NCBI GenBank assembly: GCA_046153645.1
Contig: JBJXGI010000029.1
Coordinates: 1 to 15,252 of the forward strand
Origin: Elusimicrobiota bacterium
Lineage (GTDB): Bacteria; Elusimicrobiota; Elusimicrobia; F11
Length of the DNA stretch: 15,252 nt
Reading direction: 5' to 3'
Both the position numbers and the translations under genes were made by a program. The notes under the pieces were generated by a model. It searched no databases. It was not told the origin of the DNA and worked only from the letters and a program-made list of their open reading frames with translations. Each line of letters opens with the position of its first letter. The stretch's first letter is position 1. This document shows positions 8,325-15,252 of this stretch, in pieces.

Positions 8325-9110
8325 ATGCGAAATAGGCATGTTTTTTCATTTTTCGGTGCTCTAGTAGGGCTTATTGTCCCTATGGGATGGTTTGTTTGGA
8401 GAGGAATTGAGGCCAAAAAATCATGGTGGCTTAAATGGATAAACACGGAACTGACAAAACATGGTGAATCCTATATTCCCATTACACTAATAGCCATTCT
8501 CATATTTGTGATTATTGGGTATTTAATAGGTAAATATAATGATGATATTTTAGATGAAGCACAAACCATCCAAGATCATAATCATGAACTCAATAGATTA
8601 GCCACCACAGACCAGCTAACAGGATTACTCAATAGTAGATACATCCATCAACAACTCGATATTATTATTGAAAACTCCCATAAATTATTTTTCAGCTGTT
8701 TATTGATTGATATAGACTATTTTAAAAAAGTGAACGACACCTATGGACACCCCATCGGAGATTTGGTCTTAATTCAAGTAGCAAAAATTCTTAAACAAAG
8801 TGTTAGATGGGCAGATTTAGTCGGAAGATTAGGCGGAGAAGAATTCATTATCATTTTAACCGAGACAAATGCAAAAAGCGCCTATGAGATAGCCGAAAGA
8901 ATTCGCGAACGGGTTCACATGGAAAAATTCATCTTTGATGATCATGTTATTCATTCAACTATTAGTATTGGTATTACAACTTTCCCCTCTCGTTTTTTAA
9001 ATGGAAAAAATGACATTTTACGAGTGGCCGATGAGATGCTTTATAAAGCCAAAAAATCAGGAAGAAATAAAACAATTACCTGGGAAGAACCACAAGAAAG
9101 AGTGGCTTAA
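8325..9110 (+). CDS. Membrane-anchored diguanylate cyclase (GGDEF domain)
   Basis: Two N-terminal hydrophobic helices and a coiled linker; ATTDQLTGLLN, LIDIDYFKKVNDTYGHPIGD, intact GGEEF active site with RxxD I-site (RWAD) 5 residues upstream, ADEMLYKAKKSGRN. Confidence 0.93.
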   Translation: MRNRHVFSFFGALVGLIVPMGWFVWRGIEAKKSWWLKWINTELTKHGESYIPITLIAILIFVIIGYLIGKYNDDILDEAQTIQDHNHELNRLATTDQLTGLLNSRYIHQQLDIIIENSHKLFFSCLLIDIDYFKKVNDTYGHPIGDLVLIQVAKILKQSVRWADLVGRLGGEEFIIILTETNAKSAYEIAERIRERVHMEKFIFDDHVIHSTISIGITTFPSRFLNGKNDILRVADEMLYKAKKSGRNKTITWEEPQERVA

Positions 9111-9139
9111 AAAATTATGGAAAATGTTTCCAAAAACTA

Positions 9140-10537
9140 TCAGTTGGGACGACGCCAACGAAATTTATTTTTGGGACCTCTCGATTGATTTTCACGGTTC
9201 TCCCAAGGGCGGCTGGGCTTCGGTGATGATGGAGAAGTCGGACGATTGTCTTGTCCAGATTGACTTGGTTTTGGTGGGAATGATTGATGTTGTTTAGAAT
9301 GCTCTGAATATTGTTTTTTAGGGAAACCACCGTGAGATGCCCCTTTTGAGCGAAATGGACGAGAATGAGATGTTTTTTCTTTTACTTCATTAAACATCCG
9401 CGGTTTCGATTGATAGGGGAAATCAGGAATAATGCTTCTTGGAATAGGTTTCCGAATAAAATTTTCAATTCTTTTTAAGAAAACTTCCTCTTCTGGTGAA
9501 ACAAGAGTGAAAGCTTCACCCACTGACTGGGCTCTTCCCGTTCGACCAATACGGTGAACATAATCCTCGCAGTGACGTGGGACATCATAATTAATGACAT
9601 GGCTAATATCTTTAACATCGATCCCTCGAGCTGCGATATCAGTGGCCACCAAAATTTGATAACGCCGATCTTTAAACCCTTGCAAGGCTTGCTGGCGCTG
9701 GCTTTGGCTTCGATTGGCATGAATAACAGTTGTTTTTTTCCCTAAATCTTGAAGGGTTCGGTAAAGTTTATCTGCTCCATGTTTTGTGCGAGTAAAGATA
9801 AGAGCAGAAGTCATATTGCCCAGCTCCAAAAGAGCTTGTAATAGCGCTCTTTTTTGATCGGATCTAACAGGATAGGCCATTTGTGTCACATTTTCTGAGG
9901 TTGCAGACGAAGAAGGTGACAAATCAACGACCGCAGGGTTCTTAAGGAATTGATTCGTTAATTGTTTTATCTCCGCTCCAAAGGTGGCGGAAAAAAGCAT
10001 GGTTTGACGGTTCACAGGAACAAACGAAATAATCCGGCGAATACTGGGTAAAAAACCCATATCCAACATTCTATCGGCCTCATCTAAAATTAACGTGTGT
10101 ATATTCTTTAGAGAAACACTCCCTTGTTCCACATGATCGATTAAACGGCCCGGAGTTGCCACGACGATATCAACTCCAGCACGCAGTTCCTTTGCCTGAA
10201 GATGACTATTAGCGCCTCCAAGAACGAGAGCGGTTCTTAATCTTGTTCCCTTAACCAAACTGTTAGCAACAGAAACAACCTGCGCAGCCAACTCTCGCGT
10301 TGGAGTTAAAATAAGCGCAGACGGCCTTTGTGTTGGTGGATTCTGAATAAGCTTTTCAACAATAGGGATAATAAATGCACAGGTTTTTCCAGTGCCGGTT
10401 TGTGCGCAAGCACGGATGTCTTTTCCTTTTAGTGCCTCAGGAATCGCATGCGCTTGAATAGGTGTTGGCTCCGCATAACCAAGTGCCGTAATTGATTGAA
10501 ATAATGTTGGTGAAAGATTGAAACGTGAAAAACCCAT
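9140..10537 (-). CDS. DEAD-box ATP-dependent RNA helicase (RhlE-like) with basic disordered C-terminal tail
   Basis: Q motif (PTPIQ), AQTGTGKT, PTRELA, GG, TPGRL, DEAD, SAT, ATDIAARGID, HRIGRTGR; ~90-aa R/K/S/P-rich tail. No DbpA-type RRM domain is evident. Confidence 0.95.
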   Translation of the reverse strand: MGFSRFNLSPTLFQSITALGYAEPTPIQAHAIPEALKGKDIRACAQTGTGKTCAFIIPIVEKLIQNPPTQRPSALILTPTRELAAQVVSVANSLVKGTRLRTALVLGGANSHLQAKELRAGVDIVVATPGRLIDHVEQGSVSLKNIHTLILDEADRMLDMGFLPSIRRIISFVPVNRQTMLFSATFGAEIKQLTNQFLKNPAVVDLSPSSSATSENVTQMAYPVRSDQKRALLQALLELGNMTSALIFTRTKHGADKLYRTLQDLGKKTTVIHANRSQSQRQQALQGFKDRRYQILVATDIAARGIDVKDISHVINYDVPRHCEDYVHRIGRTGRAQSVGEAFTLVSPEEEVFLKRIENFIRKPIPRSIIPDFPYQSKPRMFNEVKEKTSHSRPFRSKGASHGGFPKKQYSEHSKQHQSFPPKPSQSGQDNRPTSPSSPKPSRPWENRENQSRGPKNKFRWRRPN

Positions 10538-10544
10538 AATAAAA

Positions 10545-10616
10545 CTCCCCGAGCTAGACTCGAACTAGCAACCCTCCCGTTAACAGCGGGATGCTCCACC
10601 ATTGAGCTATCGGGGA
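10545..10616 (-). tRNA. tRNA-Asn (anticodon GTT), CCA not encoded
   Basis: Minus strand folds as TCCCCGA TA GCTC AATGGTG GAGC A TCCCG CT-GTT-AA CGGGA GGGTT GCTAG TTCGAGT CTAGC TCGGGGA G. All four stems pair perfectly; discriminator G is followed by TTTTATT rather than CCA. Confidence 0.97.
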
Positions 10617-10656
10617 AATATCAGCGGATGTAAACTAGGAATGAATTCGTTGCAGG

Positions 10657-10665
10657 ATAATAACA
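10657..10665 (-). promoter_or_regulatory. Possible extended -10 element (TGtTATTAT) for the tRNA-Asn/helicase transcript
   Basis: TGn+TATTAT about 40 nt upstream of the tRNA 5' end, preceded by a T-rich tract. Confidence 0.3.
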
Positions 10666-10673
10666 AAAAAAAT

Positions 10674-13600
10674 TTATTTAAGCACAACTAACTTGCCATT
10701 ATAATGGCCACCGAACTCTTGGTCACATTGAACGAAATATAATCCAGGAGCAAGATCATCAGATTTTATTTCAACTCCGACTCCAGCAATGAAGTTTAAA
10801 TCGGAAACTTTTGCTCCCAGTTGATTATAAAGATGGCCAGAAACACATTGGGGGTAAATAGCAGGTTTTCCTGGCTCTGCCATTGTTCTTAAAGCTCCCG
10901 AATGAGAAGAAGCCCCGCCTCCTTGAGTTACCGTAATCTTTACATCATCAAAAACAACATTATCAAGGTTTCGGACAGTCAATCTGAAAATGTAAGTCCC
11001 CAGAGATGAAACACGCACCGTTGTATCAACAAGGTTTCGGTTTTCGATGGTCACACCAGAAGGGCCAGAAATGACCTCCCAAGTAGAGCCTAAGAGAGGA
11101 GGAAGAGATACAGAACCATCAAAGAAAATAGTTCCATCCAAAGGAATAGAAGTGTTGGGTGCTCCAAACTTATCAGAACCGGCACTGGCAAAAATTTTAC
11201 CGTCAATTCCAGCTTCCAATGTTTCACCTTCTACCATGTTACTATTTCCAGAACTATTCGCTGACGTATCAACAGCGCGAACTCTGGCAAAATAGCGCGT
11301 AGACGACTCAAGACCAGTTACACCAAAACTTGTTTCATTTCCAACAGAAACCACAATAGGGTTAGAGAAATTTGAATTATTGGAAACTTCAATACGATAC
11401 CCTACTAACCCAACATTATCTGTAGAAGGCGTCCAAGAAAAAATTAAAGATCGTGAACCGGCTTGAAGAAAAGTAAAGTTTTCAGGAATAGTGGGAGGAG
11501 AATTATCTGGAGAGCCCAACGAATTATTAAGGATATTCCCTCTCACATAATATAACCAAGAAGAAATTGCATCAGCATTAGATCTCAACACAGTTGGAAC
11601 TTCGAAATAATCCATTAATTCCTGATCTGTTTTAGTGGGTGTTAAATCCCAAGTGCTGGCAAGTCCTAAATAATTTTGAGTCCCCCACCCAAATTTTTGA
11701 GTAAATGACGGAGAAGCTTTTCCAAACCCATTGTTCCAGATCTCCTCTCCATAATATGACATTAGATAATCTTGTATCGGTACTTGATCCTCTGCTCTTT
11801 TCTTTCTAAGGCGAGTAACACCATGATCACCCAATCCAGCCAAATATACCCCCCCTCTGGGATCAACAGCCACCAACCACGGGTAATGAGGAGGACGTGT
11901 CGCACTTCGATACCCCCAACCCATCGGATAAGATAAAAGCCCTCTATCAAAAACAAACTTTGAAAGCCCACCTTCTGGCCCTACCCAGGCATAGACTTCA
12001 TTAAATCTACTGCCGTCTGGATCGCCATCAACACGATCCCCAACCGACATACACCAATAAGTTCCATCTTTTGGCCCCGAATTTCCCCATCTATCAATAT
12101 CCATCCAAGCCCAACCCCGATCAAAATCATAATGAAATTTCTGAAATAAATTGGCCCAAAGCCTGGTTTCACCAGTGACAGGGTTAATTCGCCGAATGGA
12201 GCCAAATCCGTAATCTAGAACACCAATATCTCCATTACTGAATACGCGCACACACTGAGGCGCATAAATCTCTGGTTTAACGTTATTCGTGGCTTCTATG
12301 GCCGATACCGTAAATTGTGTATGTGCTCTGTTACTTAAATGATTGTGATAATCAAGACCTTGATCTTTTAACTTTTGTGCGACACCTGGTGTCCCAAATA
12401 AAGTGGAAACCACACCATTTCTTGTAATTTGTCGAATAGCGTCATTATCTTGATCAGTAACATACATGACATCACGGACAGGGTCAAAAATAACTGAGGT
12501 GGGGCCATTAAAACGCGCAGCATGTCTAAGTCCATCTGTGAACCCTTTAGAATGATCGGGATCTCCTGCAAAGACGGAAACGGTGGCATTGGTTCCCCGA
12601 GAATCATTTAATTCGATTTTCCAAATACAATGATCTTCAAAAGCAGCCACATACCAAATATTGGGATCTCGTGGATCGGGCGTCACATCAAGAGGCAAAT
12701 GAAACCCCGCTAGGTCGCCGCCAATGTTGCCTTCAATCCAATTGCCCTTAAGTTCCATATTTTTCCTAACAGTAGACAAAGGTTTAGTTCCCCAAACAGG
12801 GTCTTTATCCGGCTTTACTCGCCATCCTGCCACGGTAATAATTTCTCCATCAGGAAGCAACATCCCCACCCGGCCCCCAGTTTCGGCAAACAATAAACGT
12901 CCTTGAGAATCAACTTGCCCCCCAACAAAATTACTCATCCAACCAATCCCACGGGGACCATCTTTAAATGGAAGTTTTTCATGCTCTTTAGCTTTGTTAC
13001 CTCTGACATCATCATTCCCATGTTTTGGACCAATTGATCGAATAAATGGTTTACCTGGATGAGGTGGATCTTCCCACCACAATTGAGCTCCTTTAAAAAG
13101 AGGCGTATGAGGCATTAACTTCTCTTGAAATAAATCTGCTTCATGGGGTGGATCAATCCAAGGTTCAACGTTGGGGTTTAAAGGATAAGAAATCGCTCTT
13201 CGATCAGCGCGATTAACGTATACAACTCCAGCACCGTCATTAGAATCAGTCTGAATAATAGGAACTGTGTCTGAAAGTGGCCGTCCTCTTGTTATATGAA
13301 GAAATGCACGAGTCGGTTTATAGTCATTAATAGTAGTATCCCCAACTAAAACCACACTGATATCATGAAAACCATCTTCAAGACCATCAAGAGCAGGATT
13401 ATCAATACTCAGGTCAAATGTAAAAGGAGCAGACAAAAGGCCCGAAACAGGAATATCTCTAATGGTGTAATACATTTGAAAACCAACACTTTCAGGAGCA
13501 ATAACATTCCATGCGGCCCCATCGTACATTTGAACACCCAAAGTCACCCTTAAATCTTCTTTTGCGGTGGGATGTCCTTGATGAAGATGCATCCAAATAG

Positions 13601-13751
13601 GATCGTTCATTTCATCTCCATCTACTTTATAAATAGAAATAATTTTTTTAGCTAGAGGATCCGGCCATTCAGCAGCTTTTAATGGCAAACAAAGAGTTAT
13701 GGCCAAAAAAAAGGTTGAACTATTTTTTAAGAAACAATTTAAACTTTTCAT
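10674..13751 (-). CDS. Large secreted protein: uncharacterised N-terminal region with NHL/beta-propeller-like repeats, fibronectin type III domain, PKD/K319-like Ig domain and T9SS type A CTD-like C-terminus
   Basis: Signal peptide (..FFLAITLCLPLKA); NHL-like GFTDGLRHAARFNGPTSVIFD...MYVTDQDNDAIRQITRNGVVSTLFG; FN3 DNSPPTIP...FSWTPSTDNVGLVGYRIEV...YFARVRAVD; PKD-like ASAGSD...LDG...TWEVISGP...GTYIFRLTV; tail LYNQLGAKV...DLAPGLYFVQ...GKLVVLK. Its start overlaps the upstream stop (ATGA). Confidence 0.8.
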   Translation of the reverse strand: MKSLNCFLKNSSTFFLAITLCLPLKAAEWPDPLAKKIISIYKVDGDEMNDPIWMHLHQGHPTAKEDLRVTLGVQMYDGAAWNVIAPESVGFQMYYTIRDIPVSGLLSAPFTFDLSIDNPALDGLEDGFHDISVVLVGDTTINDYKPTRAFLHITRGRPLSDTVPIIQTDSNDGAGVVYVNRADRRAISYPLNPNVEPWIDPPHEADLFQEKLMPHTPLFKGAQLWWEDPPHPGKPFIRSIGPKHGNDDVRGNKAKEHEKLPFKDGPRGIGWMSNFVGGQVDSQGRLLFAETGGRVGMLLPDGEIITVAGWRVKPDKDPVWGTKPLSTVRKNMELKGNWIEGNIGGDLAGFHLPLDVTPDPRDPNIWYVAAFEDHCIWKIELNDSRGTNATVSVFAGDPDHSKGFTDGLRHAARFNGPTSVIFDPVRDVMYVTDQDNDAIRQITRNGVVSTLFGTPGVAQKLKDQGLDYHNHLSNRAHTQFTVSAIEATNNVKPEIYAPQCVRVFSNGDIGVLDYGFGSIRRINPVTGETRLWANLFQKFHYDFDRGWAWMDIDRWGNSGPKDGTYWCMSVGDRVDGDPDGSRFNEVYAWVGPEGGLSKFVFDRGLLSYPMGWGYRSATRPPHYPWLVAVDPRGGVYLAGLGDHGVTRLRKKRAEDQVPIQDYLMSYYGEEIWNNGFGKASPSFTQKFGWGTQNYLGLASTWDLTPTKTDQELMDYFEVPTVLRSNADAISSWLYYVRGNILNNSLGSPDNSPPTIPENFTFLQAGSRSLIFSWTPSTDNVGLVGYRIEVSNNSNFSNPIVVSVGNETSFGVTGLESSTRYFARVRAVDTSANSSGNSNMVEGETLEAGIDGKIFASAGSDKFGAPNTSIPLDGTIFFDGSVSLPPLLGSTWEVISGPSGVTIENRNLVDTTVRVSSLGTYIFRLTVRNLDNVVFDDVKITVTQGGGASSHSGALRTMAEPGKPAIYPQCVSGHLYNQLGAKVSDLNFIAGVGVEIKSDDLAPGLYFVQCDQEFGGHYNGKLVVLK

Positions 13752-14983
13752 TTCATCTCTTTTGATGGGAGAATAATCTTCATTTGTTTTTCAAGGTTTG
13801 CAGGGTCATCAATTAAATGACGATTCAAAGCATAAATTTCTTTCCAGCGGTACACACTCCCCAACTCTCTCTTGGCAATAAGCGCCAATGTATCACCGGG
13901 TTTAACAACATAAATTTTTCTCAATTTTATTTTGACTGATTGCGAAGGGTTTGAATTTAAATGGGGTTTGGGTTTTCTCACAGACACCTTATCAAGTGTA
14001 TTTTTTGAAGAAACCTTTTTCATTTTCTTTTCTTTAATAACAGGAAGAGATTGCGGGCTTAAGATAGGAACCACGGGTGCCCCACCAAATTTCATGCCCA
14101 GACTCAATTTATGTTGCGATTGAAATTGATTTATAAGTCCAAAGGCGTAGTCGATGGATGATTGACCAAAAAGAAACCCTGTCCCCATGGTAAATTCACC
14201 ACTCCCAGGCATAAGTTTGTATCCGGCTCTTAAAGCCAAAGGCCCAAATAAAGTTTCAAAACCAATAGAAGGTGTCCAAATTTTCTCATTAACCAGAAAA
14301 GGGAAATCCATCATAAAGCTGGTTAAATTCCCTTTAGGAATTAATAGATATGAAAAACCGCCTCTCAACGTTCGCGGTAAATTTGTTTTTTCGCTCACAT
14401 ATTGAAGTGGGGTTCCATAGTTCAAAGCCGCCAAACCAAAATTCAAACGTCTTGAATAAGAAGACTGGATACCGAAATCAACCGCATACGCACTGGCCTT
14501 GACCTTCTCAATTAAAGTAGATGAAAAATATTTTCCGGTCATTCCAATATGCCCAAAAGAACTTTTCCGACCAACAGACAAAGCGGCACTGTAATCACGC
14601 TGAGCATTCACAGATCTCACCTGACCACTCCCATCAGCCAAATGAATTTCCCCTCCGTTGTAATATCCGATATTAATTCCGGCGCTATATTTCCGTCCAG
14701 GAATACCCAAAATAAATTGCCCATATGAATCGTCGGCCAAACCATTTTGATAGTAAAGAGAAGCTTGATTTTTCCTTAAAGTAGAAACAACGGAAGGATT
14801 AAAAACAGCAGCAGAGATATCATCTTTAACAGCAGTAAAAGATTGTCCCACTGCGGCAGACCGGGCATTCCCATCTTTTAAAAGAGTTAAACCAGAAGAC
14901 TCACTTTTTACTCCCGCGTAAGAGGAAAACGTGGGAAATAAGAGAGAAAAACTAAAAAGTATTCGAGTAAATTTCGTTTTCAT
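13748..14983 (-). CDS. PorV/PorQ (UPF0164/FadL-like) outer-membrane beta-barrel protein with C-terminal LysM domain
   Basis: Signal peptide; GLTLLKDGNARSAAVGQSFTAVKDDISAAVFNPS matches the PorV-family N-terminal pattern (GARxxAMG...DxSAxxxNPA); amphipathic strands AYAVDFG, NYGTPL...LPRTLRGG, ALRAGY, IDYAF, HKLSLGMKF; Lys-rich linker, then LysM YVVKPGDTLALIAKRELGSVYRWKEIYALN...IILP. Confidence 0.85.
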   Translation of the reverse strand: MKTKFTRILFSFSLLFPTFSSYAGVKSESSGLTLLKDGNARSAAVGQSFTAVKDDISAAVFNPSVVSTLRKNQASLYYQNGLADDSYGQFILGIPGRKYSAGINIGYYNGGEIHLADGSGQVRSVNAQRDYSAALSVGRKSSFGHIGMTGKYFSSTLIEKVKASAYAVDFGIQSSYSRRLNFGLAALNYGTPLQYVSEKTNLPRTLRGGFSYLLIPKGNLTSFMMDFPFLVNEKIWTPSIGFETLFGPLALRAGYKLMPGSGEFTMGTGFLFGQSSIDYAFGLINQFQSQHKLSLGMKFGGAPVVPILSPQSLPVIKEKKMKKVSSKNTLDKVSVRKPKPHLNSNPSQSVKIKLRKIYVVKPGDTLALIAKRELGSVYRWKEIYALNRHLIDDPANLEKQMKIILPSKEMK

Positions 14984-15093
14984 AACTTTGTCATCGGTTT
15001 ATCTTCTCTCATATTGACTGCAAAATCGACATAAATCAATGTGATTATCGTCAACAAACCCAGAACTTTTTAAACATTGCATCATTTTTGCCA

Positions 15094-15102
15094 ATTATAG
15101 CA
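15094..15102 (-). promoter_or_regulatory. Consensus extended -10 promoter (TGcTATAAT) for the porV-like/cargo operon
   Basis: Perfect TGnTATAAT on the minus strand about 110 nt upstream of ATG 14983; no consensus -35. Confidence 0.5.
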
Positions 15103-15134
15103 TGCACCGCTTTTACCATGGACTTAAAGTCTTA

Positions 15135-15191
15135 TCCAATACAAGATGAGCCCCAAAATAAGTGTGATTCCAATGCAAGATGAGCCCCAAA
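15135..15191 (+). repeat. Two 23-bp direct repeats with 34-bp period: TCCAAT(A/G)CAAGATGAGCCCCAAA
   Basis: Copies at 15135-15157 and 15169-15191, one mismatch. Confidence 0.9.
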
Positions 15192-15224
15192 TAGGGGACA
15201 TTCCGTGCGTCATAATAGGAGGCT

Positions 15225-15252
15225 ATGACAATCGACATGGACGACTCAAATA
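15225..15252 (+). CDS. Start of a gene running off the window (MTIDMDDSN...), possibly an integrase-core transposase
   Basis: AGGAGG at 15217-15222 precedes in-frame ATGs at 15225 and 15237 and follows the direct-repeat pair. Only 9 codons are visible. Confidence 0.4.

Noticed and set aside
8180..8446. 88-aa minus-strand ORF overlapping the 8183 start
   Set aside because: Overlaps the GGDEF gene antisense, spans the divergent promoter region and has no protein-like features.
9001..9330. ORFs 9001-9297 (+) and 9115-9330 (-)
   Set aside because: Both overlap well-supported genes (GGDEF end, helicase tail) and have no recognisable motifs.
10545..10616. tRNA-Asn as an integration site for a genomic island
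   Set aside because: No integrase and no duplicated tRNA 3' fragment seen; the gene directly downstream is a housekeeping-type helicase.
15135..15191. Direct repeats as a CRISPR array
   Set aside because: Only two copies with an 11-bp gap, far shorter than a spacer; no third repeat in the following 60 bp and no cas genes in the window.

Overview
AT-rich bacterial window of mixed housekeeping and accessory genes. The gene content is reminiscent of Elusimicrobiota-like genomes, but this is inference only. From left to right: a 5'-truncated class A penicillin-binding protein (PBP1B-like); a GT2 polyprenol-phosphate glycosyltransferase; a convergent CysN fused to a degenerate APS-kinase domain, with no adjacent cysD; a Pro-linker lipoprotein with a PL14-like polysaccharide lyase domain; a 1451-bp IS1380-family element (17-bp TIRs, no perfect target duplication) between two in-frame pieces of a secreted-protein gene; a membrane GGDEF cyclase; a DEAD-box RNA helicase; a CCA-less tRNA-Asn(GTT); and a coupled pair encoding a PorV/PorQ-like barrel fused to LysM plus a 1025-aa secreted NHL/FN3/PKD protein with a T9SS-CTD-like tail. 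The right edge holds a probable left end of a second IS. The most striking observation is that the 3' acceptor strand of the tRNA-Asn (GGGGAG) lies 7 nt upstream of the helicase ATG. The tRNA itself therefore supplies, and when folded sequesters, the helicase Shine-Dalgarno sequence.
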